Origin: Flavobacteriales bacterium
GTDB taxonomy: Bacteria > Bacteroidota > Bacteroidia > Flavobacteriales > BACL11
DNA length: 59,751 nt
Assembly (NCBI GenBank): GCA_002696275.1
Contig: NZRO01000039.1
Location: forward strand, 8,923 to 68,673
Direction: 5' to 3'
The notes under the pieces are model-generated. The model was not told the origin of the DNA. It saw nothing but the letters and a program-made list of their open reading frames with translations, and ran no database searches. Positions 17,441-25,607 of the stretch are shown piece after piece (the stretch's first letter is position 1; each line of letters opens with the position of its first letter). A program made the position numbers and the translations under genes.

Positions 17441-18547
17441 CTAATCACCATCGGCATCTACATAATCAACTTTAATTCTCAAAGCTTGTAACATCTGAAT
17501 TTTCATCAAAGGGACCGCTTCTTGAATAGCATCAAAAGTGGCTAACATTTTCATATTTTCCGACTGAATCTGATTTACAAAATTATTATCTAGCATTTCC
17601 AATTGTTGTTTTGAATTTTCAAATTTTGAAATAATATCGTCAGTCAACACAGAGTTTGTAACATCTAAAAAATCAAGATAAGTCACAAGTGAACTTCCTG
17701 TTTGTAATGAGGAAAATGACTCACCAGTAAATAACTTACGAGTAGACTCTAAAGCATGTAATGCTAAAGTCTTAGAAAAATACTGACTATAAAAACCTTC
17801 AACATTTTGAGGCAAACTAGAGCTAGTAGAATATACTCCAGCTGGTATTCCTATTTTGTTTGCTCTAAATCCTTTTTCATAATAATAAATAAAATCATTA
17901 GTTAACATATTCAAACTAGAGGTCGCTGTATTTCCGTTACTATTAACGAAACTTAATTTTTCATCGTTCCAATAATTTAAGACTGATTGAGTATTGATAA
18001 CTAATTCATCAATCAAAGCTTTTGAATATTCTAAATATAAATTATCTGTATTATATAAATTTAAAATATTTGATGTATCAGAGGCAATACCATATAACAT
18101 ATAGTCCAACGCGGGAAATCCTTGAGAAGAATAATTTAGATAATTATCTGCAGAAAAATCATACATTTGGTTTTGTATGTTCATATCAATCATTGTAGTG
18201 TTACATGGGTAAGTATTAGATCTCAAATTATAAGAAATTTGTTCAGCTTTTCCTATGTTATATAATTCTACATATTGCCATGCAATATATGATTTTCTCC
18301 ATGCTGATTTTACTGTATTAAAATTTTCTTCATTAACAGAATTATAAAAATTATTGTAAGCTGTCTGTAAACTTTCAAGATTTGTTAATAAATTTACATG
18401 TGCCGGAATAATAATATTATCAACTGTATTTAACAAAACACTTTCTCTAAATGATTTATCCTCAACACTTTGTTGATTATTACTTTCTGTTGTACAAGAG
18501 GCAAATACAATTAATAAGAATAAATAAATACCTGTTTTTTTCATCAT
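17441..18547 (-). CDS. Imelysin family lipoprotein
   Basis: Lipobox FASC; AWRKSYIAWQ, GFPALDY, KIGIPAG, DADGD C-terminus. Confidence 0.85.
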   Translation of the reverse strand: MMKKTGIYLFLLIVFASCTTESNNQQSVEDKSFRESVLLNTVDNIIIPAHVNLLTNLESLQTAYNNFYNSVNEENFNTVKSAWRKSYIAWQYVELYNIGKAEQISYNLRSNTYPCNTTMIDMNIQNQMYDFSADNYLNYSSQGFPALDYMLYGIASDTSNILNLYNTDNLYLEYSKALIDELVINTQSVLNYWNDEKLSFVNSNGNTATSSLNMLTNDFIYYYEKGFRANKIGIPAGVYSTSSSLPQNVEGFYSQYFSKTLALHALESTRKLFTGESFSSLQTGSSLVTYLDFLDVTNSVLTDDIISKFENSKQQLEMLDNNFVNQIQSENMKMLATFDAIQEAVPLMKIQMLQALRIKVDYVDADGD

Positions 18548-18557
18548 CTTTCTTTTA

Positions 18558-18589
18558 AAAGAAAAGACAGCATATGCTGTCTTTTCTTT
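18558..18589 (-). terminator. Perfect 32-bp palindrome: intra-operonic hairpin or terminator between DUF4856 and imelysin genes
   Basis: AAAGAAAAGACAGCATATGCTGTCTTTTCTTT equals its own reverse complement. Confidence 0.7.
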
Positions 18590-18607
18590 GTGTATTAATA
18601 ATTAATT

Positions 18608-19714
18608 TTAAAGTCCACAAACAGCCTTAATATCAGCAGCCATTTGATTTAATTCTGCGTCAGTTCTGTCCCAAAAACCATCACCAGAATTAAGTTGATC
18701 CAACATAATATTCACTTCATCATGAGTATAATATGGATTACCATCAGCATCTACAGTAAATTGTAAAGACATGATAAATCCGTATCCTTCAGATAAAGAA
18801 TGGAAATATGCAGCTGAAAGATCAGTTTGTAAGGCTGCATCTTCTAAATAGTATGCAGCTCTTATAGCGACAACTTTTGACAAAGTTTCTTTAATTATTT
18901 GAGCTTGTTCATCTCTTACTTCAGAACAATTTTCAACAATAGCTTGTCTTCCTTCAATAAAAGCATTGTATACAGTTGCTCTATGATCTTCATATTTAGT
19001 TAAATATTTTCCTAATAGATTGTCTCCTGAAATTTCTTCAGAGGTAACTCCGTCAGCTCCTTGAATTCCATAGATGTAACCATATCCTTCGTCCCAGTGA
19101 TGTTCCATATCAGTGTAAGGATCTCTTGTAACATTATCTACAACATCACCAATCTTTGCCTCACTTAAATATCCGTTAGCTACTTGATCCAGACATAGAG
19201 CTCCTATAAGACCCTTTGCGAAGAATTGATCTAATTCCTGTCCTTTAGCATTTAACTCTCTATTATCAACCCAACCAGGAATACCGGGAGCAGCTTGAGT
19301 CCCAGCAGCCATGGCAGGGGCAACATTTGAAGTATAGTCAACTAACCAACTATCAAACATAGCCTGAATATTAGCTTTTACAGTTGCTGTTTGATATCCA
19401 GCAGTTTTACTTCTAACTTGCTTACCACTAGCATCCAATGTTGCATCAGCAAAACCTGTCCCATCAGCAAACATCTCATTCAAAATCGCAACATCAGTTG
19501 TTGTTTCGTCTTCCAATTTTCCTAAAATCTCATCTACCATTTTCAATCTAGCTGTTTGACCACCAAAAGAAACTGTATTTGTACCATCATGTGAAAACAC
19601 ATAATTTTCTGGAGATGAAACACTACACTCAACAATATCATTATCTGTACCACATGAACTAAATATTACAATAGTTGATAATAAGGCAGCTTTAATAAAA
19701 TTTAATTTTTTCAT
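18608..19714 (-). CDS. DUF4856 family surface lipoprotein
   Basis: Lipobox FSSC; VSFGGQTARL, ELDQFFAKGLIGA, MEHHWDEGYGY, HSLSEGYGF; first gene of the imelysin/TBDR operon. Confidence 0.82.
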   Translation of the reverse strand: MKKLNFIKAALLSTIVIFSSCGTDNDIVECSVSSPENYVFSHDGTNTVSFGGQTARLKMVDEILGKLEDETTTDVAILNEMFADGTGFADATLDASGKQVRSKTAGYQTATVKANIQAMFDSWLVDYTSNVAPAMAAGTQAAPGIPGWVDNRELNAKGQELDQFFAKGLIGALCLDQVANGYLSEAKIGDVVDNVTRDPYTDMEHHWDEGYGYIYGIQGADGVTSEEISGDNLLGKYLTKYEDHRATVYNAFIEGRQAIVENCSEVRDEQAQIIKETLSKVVAIRAAYYLEDAALQTDLSAAYFHSLSEGYGFIMSLQFTVDADGNPYYTHDEVNIMLDQLNSGDGFWDRTDAELNQMAADIKAVCGL

Positions 19715-19753
19715 TTTTTTTTTTTAAATTAATAATTCAGCAAAGATTGTATA

Positions 19754-19776
19754 TTATTTATAATAAATCCAAATAA
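19754..19776. promoter_or_regulatory. Fur-like box 1 (TTATTT-N11-AAATAA)
   Basis: TTATTTATAATAAATCCAAATAA upstream of the DUF4856-imelysin-TBDR operon. Confidence 0.6.
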
Positions 19777-19784
19777 AAACAATA

Positions 19785-19807
19785 TTATTTTTATTTATTC
19801 TAAATAA
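19785..19807. promoter_or_regulatory. Fur-like box 2 (TTATTT-N11-AAATAA)
   Basis: TTATTTTTATTTATTCTAAATAA, just upstream of the TATTTTTG -7 element (19818-19825) of the DoxX gene. Confidence 0.6.
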
Positions 19808-19850
19808 AAATTATTTATATTTTTGTAACATCAAAAAATTATAAACAATT

Positions 19851-20303
19851 ATGAAAAAATTATTACATACAGTATTTACTATAATACTTGCTATTTTCTT
19901 TATATATAAAGGAGTGGAGAAAATGCCTATAAAGACTAGTGAAATTTCAACTGAAGAGATAGAACAGTTGTCTAAAGGAGATTATCTGAATTCTGAAACA
20001 GGAGTTAAACCAATAGGATATAAAATCACAATGAATACTATGAGAACTTCTGGATTTATTCAAATGATTGGAATCTTTCAAATTTTAGCTGGAGTCTTAA
20101 TGATAATTCCCATAACAAGAATTATTGGAACATTTCTGCTTTTGCCAATTATATTTAACATTTTTATGATGCATGTATTCTTTGACAACAGAATAGATGA
20201 AAATATATTATGTGGAACCTTATTATTTATAAATGTACTTTTATGTTTCTTTTATTATAGTAACATAAAAACAATCATTATACACACCAAGTTAACAAAT
20301 TAA
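19851..20303 (+). CDS. DoxX family membrane protein
   Basis: Four TM segments; KG..K, GIFQILAG.L, LLLPIIFNIF..H pattern. Confidence 0.7.
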   Translation: MKKLLHTVFTIILAIFFIYKGVEKMPIKTSEISTEEIEQLSKGDYLNSETGVKPIGYKITMNTMRTSGFIQMIGIFQILAGVLMIIPITRIIGTFLLLPIIFNIFMMHVFFDNRIDENILCGTLLFINVLLCFFYYSNIKTIIIHTKLTN

Positions 20304-20315
20304 ATATATTGAATT

Positions 20316-21296
20316 TTGATTTATTTTGAGGAAATAAAACTGTTAGTTCTAGAAGCTATTAACCTATCAACATCTTATTTTATTAATCCAGAGAAAAGAA
20401 TCTATATCCTTTATTTATTTACATCTTTAATTTTATCCTTTTACGTGTATAATAGAGGTAAATATAAAAAAGAATCATTTTTGAAATTTATATTTAATAA
20501 AAAGGTTTGGTTGAGCAAATCATCAATAATTGATTATCTCTTTTTCTTTTTTAATTCCCTGATAAAGATTTTATTTATAGCACCATACATTTACTTTAGT
20601 TTTGTACTTGCGTTCTATACTACAGACACATTGGAACAAAGCTTTGGTTTTTACCAAAATAACTCCTCACAGATTGTAATTATTATTAGTTATACTGTTT
20701 GCCTTACTATTGTTAATGATTTTTTCAGTTATATTTTACACTATTTGATGCATCATAATAGAATTTTATGGGAATTTCATAAAATTCATCATGCGGCTAC
20801 AACCTTAAATCCAATTACACAATATAGAATTCATCCAATAGAATTAGTAATTAACAATTTGAGAAGTATATTTGTTTTTGGTATTGTAACAGGAATATTT
20901 GATTATTTTTCATCTCAAGAAATTAACAAACTATTATTTCTTGGAGTTAATTTTTTTAGCTTCTTATTTTATTTATTTGGAGCAAATCTGAGACATTCTC
21001 ATATAAAATTGTCATACCCTAAATTTTTTGAAAGAATATTTATTAGTCCCTACCAACATCAAATACACCATAGTATTAACAAAAAACACTACAATAAAAA
21101 TATGGGTTCTAAACTAGCAATTTGGGATTGGATGTTTGGAACTCTAGTATTTTCAGGAAAAATGAAAAGTATTAGATATGGTATAAAAGATACTCAACAT
21201 AATTATCAAGGTTTTTGGTATAATATTTTCAAACCATTTATTGAGTCAAAAAATATAATTTTTTCATATTTTAATTCATCGAAGAAGAATCAGTAA
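20316..21296 (+). CDS. Sterol desaturase / fatty acid hydroxylase family membrane di-iron protein
   Basis: His boxes HYLMH, HKIHH, RHSH, HQIHH; KNMG..LAIWDWMFGT. TTG start. Confidence 0.88.
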   Translation: MIYFEEIKLLVLEAINLSTSYFINPEKRIYILYLFTSLILSFYVYNRGKYKKESFLKFIFNKKVWLSKSSIIDYLFFFFNSLIKILFIAPYIYFSFVLAFYTTDTLEQSFGFYQNNSSQIVIIISYTVCLTIVNDFFSYILHYLMHHNRILWEFHKIHHAATTLNPITQYRIHPIELVINNLRSIFVFGIVTGIFDYFSSQEINKLLFLGVNFFSFLFYLFGANLRHSHIKLSYPKFFERIFISPYQHQIHHSINKKHYNKNMGSKLAIWDWMFGTLVFSGKMKSIRYGIKDTQHNYQGFWYNIFKPFIESKNIIFSYFNSSKKNQ

Positions 21297-21333
21297 AGAT
21301 TGTAATATATTTATAATTTAGCAAAAAAACGAT

Positions 21334-22104
21334 ATGATTAATTTCAAAAAAATTGATGGAGTAGGGAAAATCACCCTAAATAGACCTGAAAAGTTCAATT
21401 CCTTCGTTAGAGAAATGGCACTAAAGTTACAAGAAACATTAGATTCATGTAAGAAGGATGATGAAATACGATCTGTAATGATTACCGCAAGTGGGAAAGC
21501 ATTTTGTGCAGGGCAAGATTTAAAAGAAGCTACAGATCCTAATGGAAGAAATATATCAACAATTATTCAGGAACATTACAATCCTATTATTTTAAAAATA
21601 AGAAATCTTAATAAACCTGTAATTGCTGCTGTTAATGGCGTTGCTGCGGGCGCAGGAGCTAGTCTTGCTCTTTGTTGTGATATTATTGTCGCTTCAGAAA
21701 ACGCATCATTTATACAAGCATTTAGTAAAATTGGACTTGTTCCTGATAGTGGATCAACTTATTTCTTACCTAGAATAGTAGGAATTCAAAGAGCAGCGGC
21801 AGTTATGATGACAGCTGAACCAATATCTGCTCATGAAGCAGAAAAAATGGGAATGATTTATAAAGCTTATCCTCAAGATGTTTTTGAGAAGGAGAGTTGG
21901 CACCTCGTTTCAAAACTAGCAAAAATGCCAACTAAAGCTCTTGCTCTAACCAAAGAATTATTAAATTCATCTATAGAAAATAGCCTGAAAGAACAGTTGA
22001 ACTTAGAAGATAAGTATCAATCTATAGCAGCTAATACTGAAGATTTTAATGAAGGAGTGAAAGCCTTTTTAGAAAAAAGAAAAGCAAATTTTAAAGGAAA
22101 GTAA
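21334..22104 (+). CDS. paaG: Enoyl-CoA hydratase/isomerase, PaaG-like
   Basis: TLNRPEKFNSF, AFCAGQDL, EHYNP, AVNGVAAGAGA, AFSKIGLVPDSG; adjacent to a PaaJ-type thiolase. Confidence 0.78.
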   Translation: MINFKKIDGVGKITLNRPEKFNSFVREMALKLQETLDSCKKDDEIRSVMITASGKAFCAGQDLKEATDPNGRNISTIIQEHYNPIILKIRNLNKPVIAAVNGVAAGAGASLALCCDIIVASENASFIQAFSKIGLVPDSGSTYFLPRIVGIQRAAAVMMTAEPISAHEAEKMGMIYKAYPQDVFEKESWHLVSKLAKMPTKALALTKELLNSSIENSLKEQLNLEDKYQSIAANTEDFNEGVKAFLEKRKANFKGK

Positions 22105-23303
22105 TGACATATATTATTGACGCTATCAGAACTCCAATTGGAAACTTTGGAGGAACACTCAAAGATGTGAGAACAGATGATTTAGGAGCTATTCCAATAA
22201 GAGAACTTATAAAAAGAACAGGAATAAATACAGAGAGAATTGATGATGTAATTCTTGGATGCGCAAACCAAGCAGGAGAAGACAATAGAAATATTGCAAG
22301 AATGTCTCTTCTATTAGCAGGATTACCATTTACAGTGCCTGGAGAAACTATAAATAGATTATGTTCATCTGGAATGTCCTCTGTAATCCATGCACACAGA
22401 GCTATTTGTACAGGTGATGGTGATATTTTCATTGCTGGAGGTGTAGAAAACATGACAAGAGGCCCCTGGGTCATCTCAAAGGTTTCTAAAGCCTTCGGAA
22501 GAGATGCACAAATGTATGATTCTTCTTTTGGATGGAGGTTTGTAAATCCAAAAATGAAAGAGTTATATGGAGTGGACGGAATGGGGAATACTGCAGAGAA
22601 CTTAGCAGAAAAATATAACATCTCTAGAAAAGATCAAGATCTATTTGCGTACTATTCTCAAATGAAAGCTTCTAAAGCTCAATCAGACGGTAGATTTGAA
22701 GAAGAAATTGTATCAGTAGAAATTCCTCAAAGAAAGAAAGAACCTATCATTTTTAGTAAAGATGAATTTATAAAATCTAACACCTCATTAGAAATCTTAT
22801 CAAAACTTCGAACAGCATTTAAAAAAGAAGGAGGTAGTGTTACTGCTGGTAACGCATCAGGATTAAATGATGGCGCTGCCGCTATGCTTTTGGCATCAGA
22901 AAAAGGATTAAAAGAAAATAATCTTAAACCAATTGCAAGAATAGTAAGCTCCGCGGTAGTTGGTGTAGAACCTAGAATAATGGGAATAGGACCTGTAAAA
23001 GCTTCTAATAAAGCTCTTGAAAAAGCAGGTTTAACCATGAATGATATCGATATTATTGAATTAAATGAAGCCTTTGCAGCACAAGCTCTTGCTTGTCTCA
23101 GAGAGTGGGGGTTAAACGATGATGATCCTAGAATAAATCCTAATGGAGGAGCCATTGCACTTGGTCATCCCTTAGGAGTTAGTGGGACAAGAATCTTACA
23201 AACAGCCGCAATTGAATTAAAGAAACAAAATAAGAAATTTGCATTGGTAACAATGTGTATTGGAGTTGGACAAGGATACGCAACAATTATTGAAAGAGTA
23301 TAA
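22104..23303 (+). CDS. paaJ: 3-oxoadipyl-CoA thiolase (PaaJ/PcaF)
   Basis: GCANQAGEDNRNIARM, NRLCSSG, GHPLG, MCIGVGQG. Confidence 0.82.
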   Translation: MTYIIDAIRTPIGNFGGTLKDVRTDDLGAIPIRELIKRTGINTERIDDVILGCANQAGEDNRNIARMSLLLAGLPFTVPGETINRLCSSGMSSVIHAHRAICTGDGDIFIAGGVENMTRGPWVISKVSKAFGRDAQMYDSSFGWRFVNPKMKELYGVDGMGNTAENLAEKYNISRKDQDLFAYYSQMKASKAQSDGRFEEEIVSVEIPQRKKEPIIFSKDEFIKSNTSLEILSKLRTAFKKEGGSVTAGNASGLNDGAAAMLLASEKGLKENNLKPIARIVSSAVVGVEPRIMGIGPVKASNKALEKAGLTMNDIDIIELNEAFAAQALACLREWGLNDDDPRINPNGGAIALGHPLGVSGTRILQTAAIELKKQNKKFALVTMCIGVGQGYATIIERV

Positions 23304-24059
23304 ATGAAAGAATATGTAAAACTTACAAAAGAAAATGGAATTGGAATAATTGAATTTTTTCATCCTCAATCCAATTCTCTACCATCAAACATTTTATCTT
23401 TAATAGCAGAAACTATAACAAAATCAGGAAATGATAAAGATATTAAAGTAATAATTCTAAAAAGTGGTGGAGATAGAGTTTTTTGCGCAGGTGCTTCTTT
23501 TGATGAATTAGTTTCAATTAAAAGTGAAGAAGAAGGAGAAAAATTCTTTTCAGGATTTGCAAATGTTATTAATGCAGCAAGAAAATGTCCAAAATTTATA
23601 ATTGGTAGAGTACAAGGAAAAACTGTTGGTGGAGGTGTAGGAATGGCCTCCGCAACTGATTATTGTTTTGCTACCAGATTTGCATCTGCAAAATTATCAG
23701 AGTTAGCCATAGGAATAGGACCTTTCGTGGTAGGTCCCGCTGTAGAAAGAAAAATTGGAACCTCAGCATTTTCTGCAATGACAATAAATGCAACAAGATG
23801 GTTTGATGCAAAATGGGCTAGAGAAAAAGGATTGTATTCAGAAGTATTTGATTCAACAGAGGAAATGGATAAGGAAATTAATATCCTAGCAACAATTCTA
23901 TCAAATTCTAACCCAGAAGCAATGAAAGGATTAAAGAAAGTGATGTGGGAAGGAACAGAACATTGGGATCAACTATTAAAAGAAAGAGCTATTAGTAGTG
24001 GGACCTTAGTTCTTTCTGACTTTACAAGAAATGCGATAAATAAATTTAAACAAAAATAG
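23304..24059 (+). CDS. Enoyl-CoA hydratase/isomerase family protein
   Basis: FCAGASF, VQGKTVGGGVG, SELAIGIGPF crotonase motifs. Confidence 0.85.
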   Translation: MKEYVKLTKENGIGIIEFFHPQSNSLPSNILSLIAETITKSGNDKDIKVIILKSGGDRVFCAGASFDELVSIKSEEEGEKFFSGFANVINAARKCPKFIIGRVQGKTVGGGVGMASATDYCFATRFASAKLSELAIGIGPFVVGPAVERKIGTSAFSAMTINATRWFDAKWAREKGLYSEVFDSTEEMDKEINILATILSNSNPEAMKGLKKVMWEGTEHWDQLLKERAISSGTLVLSDFTRNAINKFKQK

Positions 24060-24849
24060 ATTCAAAGTCTATTTTAGTATTCTGAAATATTTTCTTCACA
24101 GCATTTCTTCCTTCAACCCCTAAAGAAACTGAGAATTCATTTACATATAAATCAATATGTGATTTTATTATTTTATCCTCTATTTCTTGAGCATTATATT
24201 TTACATAAGCTGATAAACTATTAGGATTTGATAATGCAAATTCAACGCTTCTTTTCAGAACTCTGTCAACTTTATTTTTAATGTCTGTAGTAAAGTTTCT
24301 TCTTACAACAATCCCCCCTAATGGGATTGGAAGAGAGGTTTTTTGTTCCCAAAACTCGCCTAAATCTAACACTTTTTCTAATCCTTTATCCTTATATGTA
24401 AAACGATTTTCATGTATAATTAAACCTGCATCAACTTCATTCTTCAGTACTTTTTCTTCAATCTCTGAAAACAAAACCTCCTTTTTATTTTGAAAATTGG
24501 GAAAAGCTAATTCTAATAACATATTTGCAGTTGTATATTTACCAGGTATTGCGATACAACTTTCTTTTGACAACTGCTTTTGTGGATCCTTGATTAATAA
24601 AGGTCCGCAATTTCTACCAAGTGCAGATCCGCTATTAAGTAAAACATAATCTTTAACACAATATCTAAACGCATTAAAACTTAACTTTGTCAAATCTAAT
24701 TTACATTCTAAAGCCCATTGATTTAATTGTTCTACATCAGAAAGAATAACATCAAATTCTAATCCTTCTGTATCTATCATATTATGAACAATAGCATCAA
24801 ACATAAAAGTATCGTTAGGACAAGGGGAAAAACCAAGAGTTAGTTTCAT
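24046..24849 (-). CDS. mqnD: 1,4-dihydroxy-6-naphthoate synthase
   Basis: LGFSPCPNDTF, ALGRNCGP, IPGKYTTA, IIHENRFTY, PIPLGG, HIDLYVNEFS. Confidence 0.9.
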   Translation of the reverse strand: MKLTLGFSPCPNDTFMFDAIVHNMIDTEGLEFDVILSDVEQLNQWALECKLDLTKLSFNAFRYCVKDYVLLNSGSALGRNCGPLLIKDPQKQLSKESCIAIPGKYTTANMLLELAFPNFQNKKEVLFSEIEEKVLKNEVDAGLIIHENRFTYKDKGLEKVLDLGEFWEQKTSLPIPLGGIVVRRNFTTDIKNKVDRVLKRSVEFALSNPNSLSAYVKYNAQEIEDKIIKSHIDLYVNEFSVSLGVEGRNAVKKIFQNTKIDFESIFV

Positions 24850-25424
24850 AAATTTGAAATTATTTTTTCAAGCTCGACATTTAAATTTTGTATTGCAAGC
24901 GGCATGTTCCAACTTTCTTTATTCCTTTTTTCCACATAATTAGATATAGCTCGAACTTGAATACATGGAACATTAAATTCTTCACAAACCTTAAAAACAG
25001 CAGCTCCCTCCATGTTTTCAATATCTGGATTCAATCTTCTCACTATATTTTCAATTGATTTTTCATTGCCATGAACAGTATTTACAGTTATGGATTTAAC
25101 TTTTCTCATATCAGTATAGGAATTATTTCTAAAAACTGTTTTTAATGAAAAATCAGTAAACTCTAAAAATTCATTTTTATCTTCATATCCGATTTCCGAA
25201 ATATTTTCTTCAATTACCTCTACAACATCCCCAATTTTTATAGATCTTTTAAAAGAACCTGCAATACCAAAATTAATTACTAAATCATATTTTTCCTCTA
25301 ATAGTTTTTTTGTTAAAACAATGGCGGTATTCAACATTCCAACTCCCGTTATCAAAACATCAATGGAAGAGAATTTCTCTTGTTGAATCTCAGAAACAGT
25401 CGCAACAACTAATAGAATCTTCAT
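24846..25424 (-). CDS. mqnB: Futalosine hydrolase
   Basis: ILLVVAT..E, TGVGM, GIAG, TVNTVHG, ENMEGAAV, RAISNYVE.RN. Start reassigned to ATG 25424 (MKILLVVAT). Confidence 0.85.
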   Translation of the reverse strand: MKILLVVATVSEIQQEKFSSIDVLITGVGMLNTAIVLTKKLLEEKYDLVINFGIAGSFKRSIKIGDVVEVIEENISEIGYEDKNEFLEFTDFSLKTVFRNNSYTDMRKVKSITVNTVHGNEKSIENIVRRLNPDIENMEGAAVFKVCEEFNVPCIQVRAISNYVEKRNKESWNMPLAIQNLNVELEKIISNL

Positions 25425-25477
25425 TACGCAAATATAGTATCTTTCTTTTGGTATATTTGCAACTAATAAACAAAAAG

Positions 25478-25591
25478 ATGAGTTCAGAATACAATAAAAA
25501 TATAGCAAAAAATATTAAATCTGTTTTATCTGAAATTGGGGAAAATCCAGAAAGTGAAGACCTTTTAAAAACACCAGAACTGAATTTATGA
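25478..25591 (+). pseudogene. folE: Truncated GTP cyclohydrolase I remnant (37 codons)
   Basis: MSSEYNKNIAKNIKSVLSEIGENPESEDLLKTPE matches the FolE N-terminal GE(D/N)PxRxxLxxTPxR helix pattern, then stops; preceded by TATATTTG at 25452-25459. Confidence 0.65.
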
Positions 25592-25607
25592 ATCTAATAA
25601 AATAATA

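Noticed and set aside
19714-19725. Poly-T12 (A-run on the coding strand) at the DUF4856 start as a phase-variation tract
   Set aside because: Lies in the leader, not the CDS; A-rich leaders are normal for Bacteroidota translation initiation.
22091-23155. Minus-strand ORFs 22091..22621 and 22727..23155
   Set aside because: Antisense shadows of the well-conserved thiolase.
25310-25477. N-terminal part of the 93-aa plus-strand ORF
   Set aside because: Overlaps mqnB antisense; the promoter element and FolE similarity support a start at 25478 only.
25425-25508. Track's longer mqnB start (similarly the longer starts at 5254, 30279, 45191 and 56598)
   Set aside because: Extensions are low-complexity, overlap promoter elements or adjacent genes, and precede the family-typical N-termini.
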